A stretch of DNA of 64,000 bases from the human T2T-CHM13v2.0 reference genome, Homo sapiens. The DNA is taken from the NCBI RefSeq assembly GCF_009914755.1, contig NC_060931.1; one strand, given 5' to 3'. A program made the translations under genes and the position numbers. Positions 1-18,111 of this stretch are shown piece by piece. How positions within the stretch are numbered: the stretch's first letter is position 1; every line of letters begins with the position of its first letter. The notes below the pieces were generated by a model that was given only the letters and a program-made list of their open reading frames with translations, made no database searches and was not told the origin of the DNA.

Positions 1-1960
1 GAATGAAGCATCCAAGACTGTTTTATAACACGGTCAATAAATAATTATAGCCCGCATTTTGTTTTTAAAGACCCACCCACCCCCAAAAGATGGATATGTG
101 TGGAAGGAGAGGATTTCATGCATAGTTCCTGAATCTGCATTGCTGTCACTGTGGTTCTGGTAGGATTCGGGGAGTGAAGGAAATGAGAGAAAGTGAGAAA
201 AAACTAGCTATAAATATCTAAGATTACTTGAGTCAACTTCTCTCATTCACCTCGTTAAGTTATTGTCCAGATCTCAGCAACACAAGCAATGGGAGCCAAT
301 TTACTAGACTCTAGGAATGACTGTAATCATCACCAATAAGTCACAATACACTGTATAATTACATGTCATATGTAATGGAACATGTAAGAATCAAAGATAT
401 TGGTGGCAAAAGAGTATAAAATACTTCTCCTATATAACAGTTGGTATACTGGTAGAGTCATTTTATTCTGGCTGATATACCAGTGCCAGAAACAAAATTA
501 TGCACAGGTGCTGTGGGTGTTAAGATTACTGTATCATTTTTGGGAGAATGATTAGTTATAAACCAGCTAGAGAGACCTGTATGAACAGTTCTAAAAGAGT
601 TCTTTCAAGGGACATACAACTTTAAAGATGTGTTTATTACCAATGTCATTTGTATTTCTTTCACCAAAGTCAAGTTTATTTACCTAGCATCTGCCTTAAT
701 ATATTCAATCACTTTGATGATAGAATGTGGCAAGTGAAGTTTGGTAACCATTTATTTCATGAGAATAGTCAAACAGAAAGCAACTGGAAAGGCTGACTCT
801 GTTTTAAACAGAACTTTCAGAAGTTATTAGAAAATCATAAGTGTAACAGCCTTATGTGTATCAAAGTTACCACATTCTCACCAAATAGTCTCAAATTGAC
901 TTTTTTAATAGTCTCGAATTGACTTTCTTTGTTTTCAACACTGCAAAGGAAAAAACCCAACAAATCCCAAGCAACTTCATTTTTAAACAAATCTACATTT
1001 AGAAATGCAACTTTCTTTTTAAATGCCAACCATCTAATTTGAATCAAGATGAATCTAGAAGAATCAAGATGAAAACATATAAAACTTATTTAAAAGTGAT
1101 TCTTTTAGGATGCACGCAAATCCAGTCTCATGTCTTTATTGTACCTGAACCTAAAGGTACCCAAGGCCCCTGAGTTCAGGTTTTCCTTTAAATAATTGTG
1201 AACAAAGTGAATTTCAATACAGAAGAAATGCAAAGAGTAGAACAGAAAAGGGGAAGAAAAGGGAAACAGGTAGATGGAGGGTAAGGTAAAATATAGAGAA
1301 AATAGTTTCTGACCTGTCACCTCATTTTAGATATGCTTCAGAGGCAAAAACAAAATGAGGAAATAACAAAGAACAGTATCATCTAATATCATATCACTGT
1401 ATTTCAGGCCAAGTTTCTTTACCAAAAGTTTTAAAATTTAGACAATTTGGAGTTAAAGTGAATTTTGAGTCTGGGAAGAAAAACATTTAATACATGTGAG
1501 ACTTCAAAGAAAGCTTCCTCTTGCCAACTCTGATAATGCAATACTATGTTAATATTTTAATAAATCACTCCAATAGAAGTTTCAATGATACCCAAGAAGA
1601 CTGAATCCATAACTGAAACACAACAGAAAAAGAAGATAGGCGCTCTGTATTTTGTCCAACACAAAAGATATTTTTATTTTCCTAAATAAGCAGTTTCATT
1701 TTGGTACACAGTGCAAAGTGAAAACTTAGAGCAGGTTTACACTGTCAACCTCATGGGAATTCACAGGGGTGACAGGCTGAATAGCAAAGTCCAAGAGTGA
1801 GGCTGACGTCAAGGAAGAAAACAATTGTTGCAAATAAAGCAGATTTTTCATTTTATCAAAATTACAGCATCTAATTTAGTATACAAAGCAAAACTGAATT
1901 CTTTTTCCTGCTTCTAAGAACATATTTTTCATACCAATGAATGTAAAGAAATTACAAGTA

Positions 1961-2256
1961 CAGATGGTCACAAACATACAATGGTTCAACTTAACAACGG
2001 TGCAAAAGTGATTCGCATTCAGTGGAACATCAATAAATTACTTGAGATATTCAACACTTTACTATAAAATAGGTTTTGTGTTAGATGACTGCTCAACTGT
2101 AGGCTACTAAGTGTTCTGAGCACCTGTAGGGTAAGGGAGGCTAAACTACGAGGTCTAGTAGGTTAGGTATAATAAATGCATTTTCCACTTAACGTTTTCA
2201 ACTTAAAAATGGGTTTATTGAGACACAACCCCATGCTAAGTTGAGAGGAACATCTG
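1961..2256 (-). mobile_element. MER47A-like (Tigger5-derived) DNA transposon
   Basis: CAGATG...CATCTG termini flanked by TA (1959-1960, 2257-2258); internal similarity to the MER47A consensus. Confidence 0.8.
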
Positions 2257-2307
2257 TATTATCCTTTAGGTACACCAACAGGCCCAGCTTTTTAAAGGTA
2301 TTTTTCT

Positions 2308-2576
2308 GGCCAGGCGCAATGGCTCACGCCTGTAATCCCAGCACTTTGGGAGGCCGAGGCAGGCAGATCACCTGAGGTCAGCAGTTCGAGACCAGCCTGG
2401 CTAACATGGTGAAACCCTATTTCTACTAAAAATCCAAAAAGTAGCCGGGCGTGGTGGCACACGCCCGTAATCCCAGCTACCCGAGAAGCAGAGGTTGCAG
2501 TGAGCTGAGATTGTGCCACTGCACTCCAGCTTGGGCAACAAGAGCAAAACTCCATCTCAAAAAAAAAAAAGAGAAA
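2308..2576 (+). mobile_element. AluS (Sq/Sp-like) with ~30 bp right-arm deletion
   Basis: Alu head, A-tail and near-TSD aaag(g/a)tatttttc. Confidence 0.95.
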
Positions 2577-2748
2577 AAGATATTTTTCCTTCCTGAGTAC
2601 ATCTGCATTAACACAAAACGATTCAATCCTCTAATTGTTCTGTTTAAGTTTCACTAATGCCAAAGAGTATTTATCTCAATATTCTTGTTTATGTAGTTTA
2701 TTCATGTACAGTTTTGGGCTGATTCTCAACTATACAGATGCACATACA

Positions 2749-3053
2749 GGCTGGGAATGGTGGCTCACACCTGTAATCTCAGCACTTTAGGAGGCCTGAG
2801 TCAAGGAGTTCGAGGCCAAACAGTTGAGACTGTTTCCCAGACTGGGAAACAGTGAGACCCCCATCTCTACAAAACATTAAAAAAAAAAAAAAAAAAGAGT
2901 CAGGTGTGGTGGCACACACTTGCAGTCCCAGCTCCTCAGGAGGCTGAGGTGGGAGGACCACCTGACCCTGGGAGGTTGAGGCTGCAGTGAGCTGTGACTG
3001 CACCACTGCACTAAGCCTGGGTGACAGACTGAGTCCCTGTCAAAAAAAAAAAA
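2749..3053 (+). mobile_element. AluJ-like with rearranged left arm
   Basis: Alu dimer with A-rich linker and tail; gcacataca on both flanks. Confidence 0.9.
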
Positions 3054-3981
3054 TCGCACATACATTCCTAAAGTTTATATAAACAAGGAAAGAAAAGAAG
3101 GAAAAGAAAGCCGAAGAGCTTTGATTTTTGAAAGGAAAGTTTTGAGTACCTGACTGAACACCCAACTTGAACTCCGTTCAACTTGCCTGAACAATCCAAC
3201 AGCTGACTGCTGGAACAAGGAAAGGTAGGCACAGCAACAGGCAGGCTAATGGGATTTCTGAAACAGATACAGTACCCTGCCATGTTCTTTCACCTGCAAG
3301 GGGGAGGGGTGTGTGTGTGTGTCTGTGTATACACGTAAGTGCTAAAGTGCCTGAAAGGCACCTGGGAACAGTACTTAACTGACACCAAGGTAAGAGACTG
3401 TCAGTTCAGCTGAGCTAAGGGGAAAACGGCAATTAGGTGTGTCAGCTGAGATTGCTATGTGTAAGGTCCTCCCCCTTCTCCCTGCAGACTTTTCTTCTAT
3501 TTCTTTTTTCCTTTCCACATGAAAGCCCCTATGTCCCAACACCAAATGTCTTAGCTGAAGGAATTCCCACTTCTCTTAAGCAAGGCAGTTTGGAAGAGGT
3601 AGTGGAAGAAACCTCATCTCTGTTATTACAAGAGATCTATTCCGGACGCCTCATATTGGAACTCTAAATACACCATCACCGCAGAAATACTGTTTGATTT
3701 GGAAGTGAGAAGTATTATGTACAACAATCTTTGGAAAACTACTATAATTTGGGTACTGACCTTACTCTATCTCCACCAAACTCTTTCGAACAGAAAAAAA
3801 CTTGTGTTTCATAGCTGTAGATACCATCTGAGATTCGTATACATCAAAATGTCAGTGGTTTCTGAATGCAAATGGCCTACATTATGTTAGTGATATTCTA
3901 CAGAGTATTTTAGGTGTTATGATGAAATTATGGCCCTTAAGAACCTTATTTAGTAAACGAGGCAAAAATTTTAAGACAATA

Positions 3982-6528
<2,547 letters not shown>

Positions 6529-6986
6529 CATAACACTTATACTATCTGGCTAAATCTAATACTGATGACAGTCAATGCTTAATTTAGAAGAGGTGGCAGC
6601 TATTCTATAATTTCTGAAAAAGCACCCATTAATATTATGAGTTTTACAGATTTGTGAAGCTCCAGTCTATGAAAACTCAGACCTATGCCAGCAGAGTCAA
6701 GGCTTTGTTTTATATTCCAAGGAATATTTCTTGACTGACATTTCCTTGTTTCACAATGATACTTCTTTAGATTCATCATTCAGGGTGGCCAATGACAACT
6801 GGAAGAGTAAGTATGGCTTGGCTGGCACCTCTGTATTTTAAACTACTATTATTTCTAAACTTTAAGCAATGCACAGAGATTTATACCAACATAAACACTT
6901 ACAAAGACTTAAAATTGTATTTATATTGTGTTCTTTATCAAACATAAACAAACTTAATTATAAGAAATGCCTTATTGAAACTTTTA

Positions 6987-7121
<135 letters not shown>

Positions 7122-8039
7122 CTATATGGAAAAATACACATGCAACACAAATAACTAAAGCTGAAAACAAGTATAAGAGCTTTTCAAAGTTAAATGATTT
7201 TGCTTTGATAATCGAGAATATAAAAATTAACTACTTTAAAAATTTTATAACACTATGTATATGCTCTCTAAAATTTGGTCCAGTGTACTTTAAAGGGTTA
7301 AAGTACATTAAAAACAAGCATGTTATTTCCTATGAAGTGAATTCACATCATAAAGTGGCTCAAAACAAGTTTTTCCCCTTAGACCTTTCAAATTATATGG
7401 ATTCAAGGAAAAAAAAATCCTTAATATTAAATAAGTATATTTTAAAGAAGTATATAAAGCATTATTTAACAAACTCATGATTATACTTTTAATTTGGACT
7501 TATTCTGCTTGTGCCCAATGACTTTGGTTTTTGTCTGATATATAACTCCAATATGAATCCAGTTCAATCACAAAGTTCAGAGAAACTGTGAAAGGCAGAC
7601 ACAGCATCTAGAACCCATAGTCTCTAAGTTCTCCTTTGCTCTTAAAGCCAAACTGCACAATACACAAATCATCTTACTCATTCACTAACTACTAAAAGTT
7701 TTGTACACCAAATTAAAATTTCTCAGAAAGCTTGGTCATATAAACAAAAGAAATACATTCTCTTCCCACAACAATCATTTCTTTTTCCTAAATAAACTGA
7801 TTAAAGATTCTAACAAAGAGAAAATTCCCCATTGATGAAATCAGTTTCTCATAACTAGCTGTGTACATTTTTTATTACGTAACAGTAAAAACATGAAACC
7901 TATCAAGTTTGCTAAAACCAAATATTGCAGGCTAAGACAAGACTTTCAGATTGGCCTATCATTTAATAGAATAAGAAAAGACCTCCTTAATTCTGTTTCC
8001 CTTTCTTAAGGGGTAAGTATCATCTGCTCATTAACTGAC

Positions 8040-8270
8040 AAATGGTGTGGTCAAGTAGCAAGGCTGCAGCCAAAAGACCTACACTGGATATCTGACTCCT
8101 TATCTTTCATGTTGTGTGACCTTGAGCAAGTTACTTTAACCTTTTTAAGCCTCTGTTTTTTTCTTCTATAACAGAGACAGTAATATTTATCACTGTTTTT
8201 TTTTGTAGAGATTAAATGGCGTATCTTATGTAAATCACCTAAAATATTTTTCTAGTAGTAGGCATCAAAT
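8040..8270 (+). mobile_element. MIR SINE
   Basis: MIR core tgtgaccttgagcaagttacttt...ctctgttt. Confidence 0.7.
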
Positions 8271-8790
8271 AAGCCTGCTATTACTACTTTTTGAAGAAGA
8301 TAAACCAAGTCCTTGAACATTAACAACAAAAAGTAACACTGCTACATTATGAATCAACAGTATTTCTAAAGAACCTCCACTTGAAGAGTATTTTTGAATT
8401 ATTTTTATTCCACATCACCCTGTTCCTATTTCTTCTGTGCTAACAACTTCAAAGGTCTAGCAGTGACTTATGCTGAAAAAGAAACAAACTGCAAATAAGT
8501 TTGGTGCCCAAATCATAGGATTAATTAAAATGGCAATGCTGTTAATTAATTTTGCAGGTAAGCAGAAAACAAAATATCTATTCAAATGTCTAATTGACAG
8601 TAAAACAATCCATAAGTCTTGGTATCCTTCTGTGCTATTACTGTGTGACCTCAGGCAAATCTATTACTCTCTCTGGGCTGCAACTCTAAAATAAAGGGGA
8701 CTGGTCCACACAGCTCTGAAATTGTGTGTATATAAATGAAAAGTAGTATTGATGCAGCTGGCCTACAGAGGGATTCTAATAATAAAGTTA

Positions 8791-9057
<267 letters not shown>

Positions 9058-9812
9058 TTACTTAGGCAGACACTTGATCTATCCCTGAATCACCTTTAAT
9101 CATATCTCATGTTTACTATACCAAACCATCAACATCACAGAGAAGGTGAGTGACTTAGTTTAATGAATATACATCGTAAGGCAAATGAAGTAGCTGGGTC
9201 AACCATACCTTACCCAATTAGTTTTTAACGCTTTAAGTAGCCTTACTCCTCTTCAATGGTTAAGTTTCTAACCTCGTATTTTCAACCAATTATCTGTGTG
9301 TGTGTGTGTTTTCTGGTATTCCTGAATCTACTCATTTAAAATCAGTCTAACTAAAAAGCACTTGCTGAGTGCCCTTTATACTGTATGTCAAGATGTTAGA
9401 ATGAATACATATTTCCATTATTTTGTTAGGCAATGAGAGCACCTGGCTCCCTTCTGTGAATTTTTGAAACTATATACCAATAATAGTACAGACATACATT
9501 TTGTTTTTTTACCTTTCAAAATCTTATACTTAGAGGCAATTATTTATACTATACCATACATACATATAGTCAACTACCTGTTATATTTTCAAGTGGCTAG
9601 TAATAGGAAGTCATGTATTTTGTTTGCAGATTATCTACTACGAATTAATATATGCCCAGGGAATAAGAATTCAAATACTTAGTTTAAGCAAAACATAATT
9701 AAGATGGAAAATAAAGTATGAGAGTTTCTATTGGATAAGAATGGTTATAGTGATTTTTGCAATGTCCTTAATATCAGTTCTTACGGGATAGATTTGTATT
9801 CAATATGTAATT

Positions 9813-10032
9813 ATAGATTGGGTATCGCTTATTTGAAATGCTTGGGACCAGAAGTATTCTGAATTTCAAATTTTTTCAGATTTTGGAATATGTGCATTAT
9901 ACTTATCAGTTAAGCATCCCCAGTTCTGAAATCTGAAATCCAGTTCTGAAATCTGAAATGCTCCAATGAGCATTTCCTTTGAGCAAAAAGTTTCAGATTT
10001 TGGAGCATTTTGGATTTGGGATGCTCAACCTG
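9813..10032 (+). mobile_element. Tigger4a/MER46A-like MITE
   Basis: gaaatgcttgggaccagaag...gggatgctcaacctg; internal 20-bp tandem duplication at 9920-9959. Confidence 0.85.
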
Positions 10033-10699
10033 TGTAAATATTTGTTAATATATAATGTAAATAATTTTAAAAGATCTCAAACAACTTAATTTTGAAAATT
10101 ACCATTTAATTATGCCAAGCAATTGGTCATTCTCCCTAATTTTCTAGTCCGCCTCTAATCTGTTCTCCTCAGTAAATAATAAAAAGATAGCACATTCATT
10201 TATTATAAAGCCCAAGTAGGTATAAGTTTAACTCATAACTGTTTGAAGAGTCAGACTTTATGTCTGAAATAATCACTTTATACAATGTGTGTGTGTGTTT
10301 TTTTTTTTAAAGGACTAGACTTAGAACCTTTCCCCATACTGTCAATGGTATACCTGGGGTAGTGCAGCATGCACATTTCAAGATTGTAAAGACTACTACC
10401 CGAATCCAAAATTGAGAGAGAACCTGTTTATATAAAACTCATTAGTGAACACTCTTCTTAACAGCTACAGAGGCTGCCAGTAGCTATGATGTCAATTCTC
10501 TACTTCATGCATCTGTAGGCTAAATGGAAAATTAAGATATGACTGAAGAGAAGCTCCTCTTCATATTCAGGTCTGCAACTTTTCTCTTTAAAAAGGAGAG
10601 AATTAAGATCAATGAATACCAATACTGGAGAACTTTACAACGTATGAATTAACTCCTACAGTTAAGGGGTCACTACTTATAACGTTGTATCAGTAAGTC

Positions 10700-12800
10700 A
10701 CCTAACGATCTACTTGTATCATGTCTAGCAAACTTCACTGTCCCCATCTTACTTGCTTTCTCCATGACACCTGAATTTTCCTGATGCTTTCTTTCTCTTG
10801 ACTTCAATGACATCTCCCATGTTTCACCTTTTTTCCCCTATTTCTATGGTTCCCTTTTCAGTCTTCCCAGATGCTGTGCTCTCCTTCTTTAATCTAACCT
10901 GTCAGATGGCAATATTTCTCATAGTTCTGACTTAGGCACTTGTCTTCTGTAACATACCTTGTGTGAAACACTCAAAAGCTTAAAAAAAAAAAAAAAAAAA
11001 AAGTCCCTGCATGAGGGTTTCCAGTATCTGTATCTTAGCCTCTGTTTTTCTTCCAGGCTCTGGATCTACTTTGTTAGATAGAAAGTTGAATATCTTCATC
11101 TCAGCATCCCACAGATACTTGCTCTGGCACTCTCTGTCTAGTCCAATCATAACCTCTATTCTTCTAGTACAGTATGTGATATATGAAGATCATAAATAAT
11201 CAATGAATTCTACCAATGCCATAAATCCTAATTTCAAGCACCAAATTAAATTTGATACCTTTCCAAAGTTTGAGAAAAAAAGCTTCTGTAATTAAATATT
11301 TTTAGGTGCAGATTCATCTATTAAGATACATACAATAGTGGTAAACCTCTAAATTTATAGAGTTCTCTTATTTTAAAGTTATTTAGATAGTAGCTCATTT
11401 ATCATCAATGACCTTGTCATGTTGGAGATGTAAAACTTTAGCTCCTCCTTTTGTTTGGTTGGATGGAAGAAATGAAGAACAGAGAGATAAGTGACTTGCC
11501 CAAGGCCACCCACTATGTCAGCCGGAAGGTCACCCAGGTTTCCCAACTTTCAGTCCAATCCTCTTTTTGCTATACTACGCTGTTGTTTAAAAGACATTCT
11601 ATTAAGAACATGTGAGGCATTTGAATATATAAGGAGTCAAATTTTACAAATGCAATCAATATGAGACCATAAAAATAAAATGGATTTTTATCCCTTGCCC
11701 ACATACAGTATCCTTTTCATTTTAACAAGTCCTAAAGAAGATATTATCCTTGTCCTCCGTATCATGATGTTACTACTTTGAAATAACCATCAACGAAGAG
11801 TCTAATATGTGCATACTATGTTAGATTTTTAAAAGATGTATGTACATCTAAGGCCAAACTAAAAATAACTCTTAAAACTTTGTTAAAGACACTCTTATTT
11901 TCCCAGTTTCCTAGTCTTGAAAGTTGTATGTAAAAGTGTTCAACAAGGCCTTACTAATACAATGCTCATAAACGTCAGCTGAATCTATTTTCTACTGAGT
12001 CCCAACTCAAATTACCAACTTTGAGCAATTTTATCTCCCAAGCCATTGCTCATGTTTACCTATTTCTTTCCATTTATTTAGCACCTTGGTCTGGACTTCA
12101 TTACCTTAAGACTGCTGGAATAGCTTCCTATAAAGACTACCTTCTGATTTTTCCTTTTTTCAATCCATAGGATAGATATCCTGCTATAAAAATATAAAAA
12201 AGTCCCCTAAGATATTTATCTCATAACATCACGTCTTTGCTCAAAAATGTCAGTGCCTGCTTCCATTTGAAAATGCCTGATTTAGAATAGCTAGCATGAT
12301 GTGCACATAGTTAACATTCAGTGTCAAAATATGAGCGCCCTTACTAACCTGAACCTGTCTTCTCAGTCTCCCCTACGCTCCCTACAAAATCTGTGTTTCA
12401 GCCCTTATTCTCTAAACATTCTCCCTCCTCTTTCATTCTTGTGCTTTCATCACAATGCTTGATACAAGATAAGCATGCAATAAATATTTACTCAGAGAAT
12501 GAATAAGTGCCCAATGTTGGCTATTAAATTTTACCAATCCTTCAAGAAGTGAAGATTTTGTATATTTCTATAAAAGCTTTCTTGATCCTGCTAGTGAAGG
12601 AATATGATTCTTCCTCTCCTTCCCTTGCAACACTACAGCATTTTAATTGTACCTCCTTACGAGGAGTTAACCAACAGAGCAGACTATTACTAGTGTATTA
12701 TTTTCATCCTGAGAATAGGGTCAGTTTTTTAAAAATATCCTTCTAACCCTTGTTGCACCCAGTAGACTGCCTTGCATATGAACACCAGTCAACTAATATG
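10700..12800. mobile_element. Cluster of degraded L2 and MIR fragments
   Basis: L2-like pyrimidine-rich segments and 3' tail (aataaatattta...gaatgaat at ~12480-12505); MIR core at ~11480-11570. Confidence 0.55.
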
Positions 12801-12974
12801 CCTCAAATAGTAGCAACAATAAAGCTTAGCTTGATTCTAAACTCACTGCTGGTTTTAGCACTCTGCAATTTTAAGTATTAGCAGAACTTAAATATTCCCT
12901 AATGATTATAGTAAATAATTTTGTTATAAAAGTCAGTGATAAGGTTTGGCAAACATTTAAAAAACCTGATTTAC

Positions 12975-13442
<468 letters not shown>

Positions 13443-13885
13443 TCAACAGGTCCTGCTTTCTCATCTACAACTGAAGGTACAGTACAGATGACAATTTCTA
13501 GGGCAAATATAGATAAGGTCATGTAGGAGGACAGGGAAAAGGCAAAAAGTGGCTGGTACTTACAGTGAGTGCTTCTAAATTTAATGAATAAAATCTACCT
13601 ACATATGACAATACAGTAATTGAAAAAAAATTCCTTAAAAGAAAACTTCTATGGCAATATAAGTATTGGAAAAAAGCTCTTAAACTGTTTCTTCTAGCAT
13701 GGATAAAATTTCTCTGCCTCTCTAAGACTAATGTTTATACTTTTGTATAAATACTGAATTTGTGTTGCTCAAGTTCATGAAGATGTACTGTAGGTACCTG
13801 GCTCTGCAGTTAGGTAAAATGTCACTGAGTTACAAATACAAGAGTGAAAAAATTAGTAGTTTTAAAAAATGAACAGAATTTTTTA

Positions 13886-14035
<150 letters not shown>

Positions 14036-14567
14036 TCATAAACCAAAATCCAAAACAGAAAGAAACCCACATTAATAATACCAGGATGCAGCCAACCACA
14101 TTTAAGGAATATAGCATAGCTCCCATAAGAATTGTCTTTCTCTTAGGAAAGTATTTATTGTCAGACATAACAGTTCCTAATGACAAAGATTCAGTTTTTC
14201 CTAAATATTTTAAAAAATCAACTATTATCTCCTCAAAGAGACCTATTTAACAGTGTCCCACCCCCACTTTTCATCACTCTCTCTTCCCTTACCCTGCCTT
14301 GAGCTTCTTTATGGCATTATTTCACATCTGATATATTATGTCTGTTTCTGGCTATCCATCTGTCCATCCATCTAATATATAAAGGACAGGGACATCTGTT
14401 GAAGGACATATCCCATGTACCCTGAACACAGTAGTAGGTACTGAATATGTATCTGTTGGTTGAATCTTTGGAATTTTAGAACCAAGATCAATCTCAATAA
14501 CGTCCCCAAAAGTTTACAGTGGTACTCTAACCAACAATCCACATTATATTAAATGAGGTTGGTTTCA

Positions 14568-14762
<195 letters not shown>

Positions 14763-15099
14763 TTAAGACATAAAATACTGCATTCTTTCTGAGGAAAATC
14801 CTAGCTTTTTTTTTTTTTTGGAGGTATGTCCTGAACTTCCATACTATTAACTAGACACAGAACTGCGCAGCAGGATGCCTGCTGTGTGCATTCCAGATAT
14901 AGTACATAGCTCAGCTCTCAAATCAGCAACAAAGAAGATAAGCACACCAGGTCCACATAGCAGAGAACTTCACATTATCAAGTTTCTATCCAAAGCTTCA
15001 AAGAAGCAAATAATATTTTGAAAGACTATGTGATAAAAGGATCAATTTTTAGAAAGTTTCATGATCTGTCATGGATCAATAGTTTATAAAGGACACTGA

Positions 15100-15237
15100 A
15101 ACTTGGATGTTGAGGCAATGTCAAATTGCCCCAAGTTTCTAAATGCTTACTCTTCATTTCTGTACTTAATGTGGACTTGGATCAAATAGGGCATGAACCA
15201 GCATTGGTCCGTGGACTGCATTTTGACTAGTATTGGT
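15100..15237 (-). mobile_element. hAT-Charlie fragment (Charlie18a-like)
   Basis: gtttctaaatgcttactc...ggtccgtggactgcattttgactagtattg resembles a hAT terminal segment. Confidence 0.55.
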
Positions 15238-15907
15238 TTAAAGAAGTTGTTCGTTTACTCCTCGAGGTAGTCTCAGATCTAATTTTCTCTTGGATTAATA
15301 TGACAACTAATACTTGAAGCACTTTAGCTTACTACTAGAGAATTCTATCTACTGAGTTATGCTTTATGTACTTAGCTTTTATCAAATATATAAGTATTTG
15401 ATAAAATACTCACGTAAGTTACAGGAAACACTTCCGCATATGTTGTATAATCAAGGTCACTGTCTACTTTGTAATTCAGTGACTATTAAGTTCCCAATGA
15501 GAAAATGAAAGAATTGCTGGGTTCCTACTTTCTGATAAGAACAGTTCCTTGATTTCCCCTTTTTTCTTGGTTGTCAGGAAGCTCCACAGAAAAGTCTGTC
15601 TAATCACAGCAACCGTAATAATTATCATGGCTTAGAAATTCACTTCTTCATTCTAAGATCATAATTTTCTATTTTCATTTTATAAACCAGATTGTTATTT
15701 GAAGCAGCTTCAAATCTGTTTGAAAAAGAGCTGCTAAGATGATGCAATGTCTGTGCTGAACCAAAAAGATATTAACTAAATTTTACAAAGCAAGCTTTTA
15801 CTGAATACCAGCTAAGTGATATATAAATAAAACAAATAAAAAGATTAACCTTGAACTTGCCAATCTAGTCATCTTTTTAAAAAACTACTTTGTAGCATTA
15901 GACTCCT

Positions 15908-16352
15908 GTGACTGATTAAATATGGCCTTTGCAGCTCTTCTCATCAAGAGATGGAATCTCCTTTCTTATCCCTTGAGTCTGTGCTGTCCTTATGATTCGC
16001 TTTTGACGAACAGAATGTGGAGAAAGTCATGTGTGACTCCCAAGCCCCAGTTTCAAGAGGTTTTGCAGCTTCTACTCTCATTCTCTTAGAACCCCAAGAC
16101 TACCATGCTCTGAAGAAGCCTCTTCTGGAGTGAGACCCGGTAGTCCCAGCTATCTGACCTGAGGCCCCAGACATGGGAATGAGGCCATTAAAGGATGTCC
16201 AGCCCTGGCTGAACCCTCAGCTAAATGCAGATGCCTAAGTCTAAGCAAGAGCAGCAGACGACCATCCAGTCAACCACAGAATCAGGAGAAATAATAGTTG
16301 CTTTAAGCCATTAAGTTTTGGGGTAGTTTGTTACACAATAGAAAATCAGTAC
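15908..16352 (+). mobile_element. MLT1 (ERVL-MaLR) solo LTR
   Basis: MLT1 3' end gctttaagccattaagttttggggtagtttgttacac. Confidence 0.75.
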
Positions 16353-17913
16353 AATTCTTAAACTCTATAACCAATCACCTCCAACATCTGACCATTCTGC
16401 TTCTGAAATTACTCTTTCAATTCCACTGCCAATGCCCATGATTATCCTACCTCTCTTCTTTAGTCTAATTATTCTTCATATTGCCAGTGGTTACCATTCT
16501 AAAACAAGTTTTTTTTCTTTTTTTCCAGGTTGCATCTTTCCTTAAAAGCCATTAACGGTCATCTACTGTCCATGGGGCGGAGGTGGAGCTGATTCATACA
16601 GAATTTGAGAATCTTGCCTTGCTTACCATCTAAAGGTTTATCTTATACATTTTTCACTTTTATGCTGCAGTCCCCATAGGACTATCTGTCATTCTAAGAA
16701 CACTGTGCCATTTCTTCAGCTCTTCCTTCTCCTTATTAAAAGCTTATTTATTTTCCATTTCATGATTCCTTTAGACAGAATTACCTATTTCCTGCTACCA
16801 ACTCAGCACTAATTCTTAATGATATTAGTGGTTAGTTCAGAATGAATTGCCAACTCTCACTCAAAGGCCCTTTAAGTAAAACATCTTACTCTAACTTCTG
16901 TGCCCAGCATTTTTTGGGTACATAGCTGGTACTTAATCAATATGTTATTTCAGTCCTAAATATTAATTTAGTTTTAGTATACGGTATAGACTATTTAAAA
17001 CCTTTATTTAACTGTACCTTTTTTTTGAGTGTATTATTAGTTAATGGCCCATAAAAAGTCTATTAATTTCCTGTCAACTTAGCAAAATGTGTTTCAAACA
17101 CCCTCTTGGACCTCTTATATTTCGATGTTTTCCAATTTTTATAAGTGAGCCTCAAATGTACTATTTTACAATATAATAGCAAATTACTTTAACCGATAAA
17201 CTAATTAGTCAGTTCTAAGAACTAAGTAAATGCCACCAGATAGTAAGGTGTTATTTCTATAGTAACTTTCGAGGGTATTTCCTCTCACGGATTAAATCTA
17301 TTATTAAACTGTTCAGAAGCTAGGTAGAGTATTATTATCAAAACTCTGACCATGTGAAAACATATGACTACTTAGGTATACATACAAGAAAAACAAAAAA
17401 AAGGCTCGCAGTATAAACCCAAAGCCCAAAATGTACCCTTCCTGAGAAATTAAACAATATGAACAGCAGATCTTGTTTTATTTAGATGAGAAACTGAAAA
17501 GTAACAGATGGTAGATCCTAAGACCTAAACTGATGAGAGAAAAATGAAGAAAGTAGTTACTAGAAGTTGGAATAAAGTTCCTTTAGTCTAACTTGAACAT
17601 TTATCATTCATCGAATGTCGTAAGTTACTAGAAATGTGCTGTTTTTCTAAGTTTGCTCTAAAATAATACACACTTAAAATGGCAATGAATTAGATGAAAG
17701 CCAACTAGGTTTTAAAAACAATCACTCTCAATAATTTGATTTAAACAAAATCTCAGAACATTCTATTCTACTAGAAGAAACCTTAAAGATTATTTAGTCT
17801 GTCATTTTATAGATGAGGAAATTGAAGCCTGGAAAGGTTAAGTAAATTATAGGAGATTATATAGCTTTATTAGTAACAAATTCTAAACTGTAATCTCAGT
17901 TCAATGGTCTTTA

Positions 17914-18111
<198 letters not shown>

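Noticed and set aside
14807-14970. Possible retroposed H/ACA snoRNA or small RNA ending in an A-tract (minus strand)
   Set aside because: No recognisable H box, hairpins or TSD; more likely a plain A-tract, which can cause oligo-dT internal priming.
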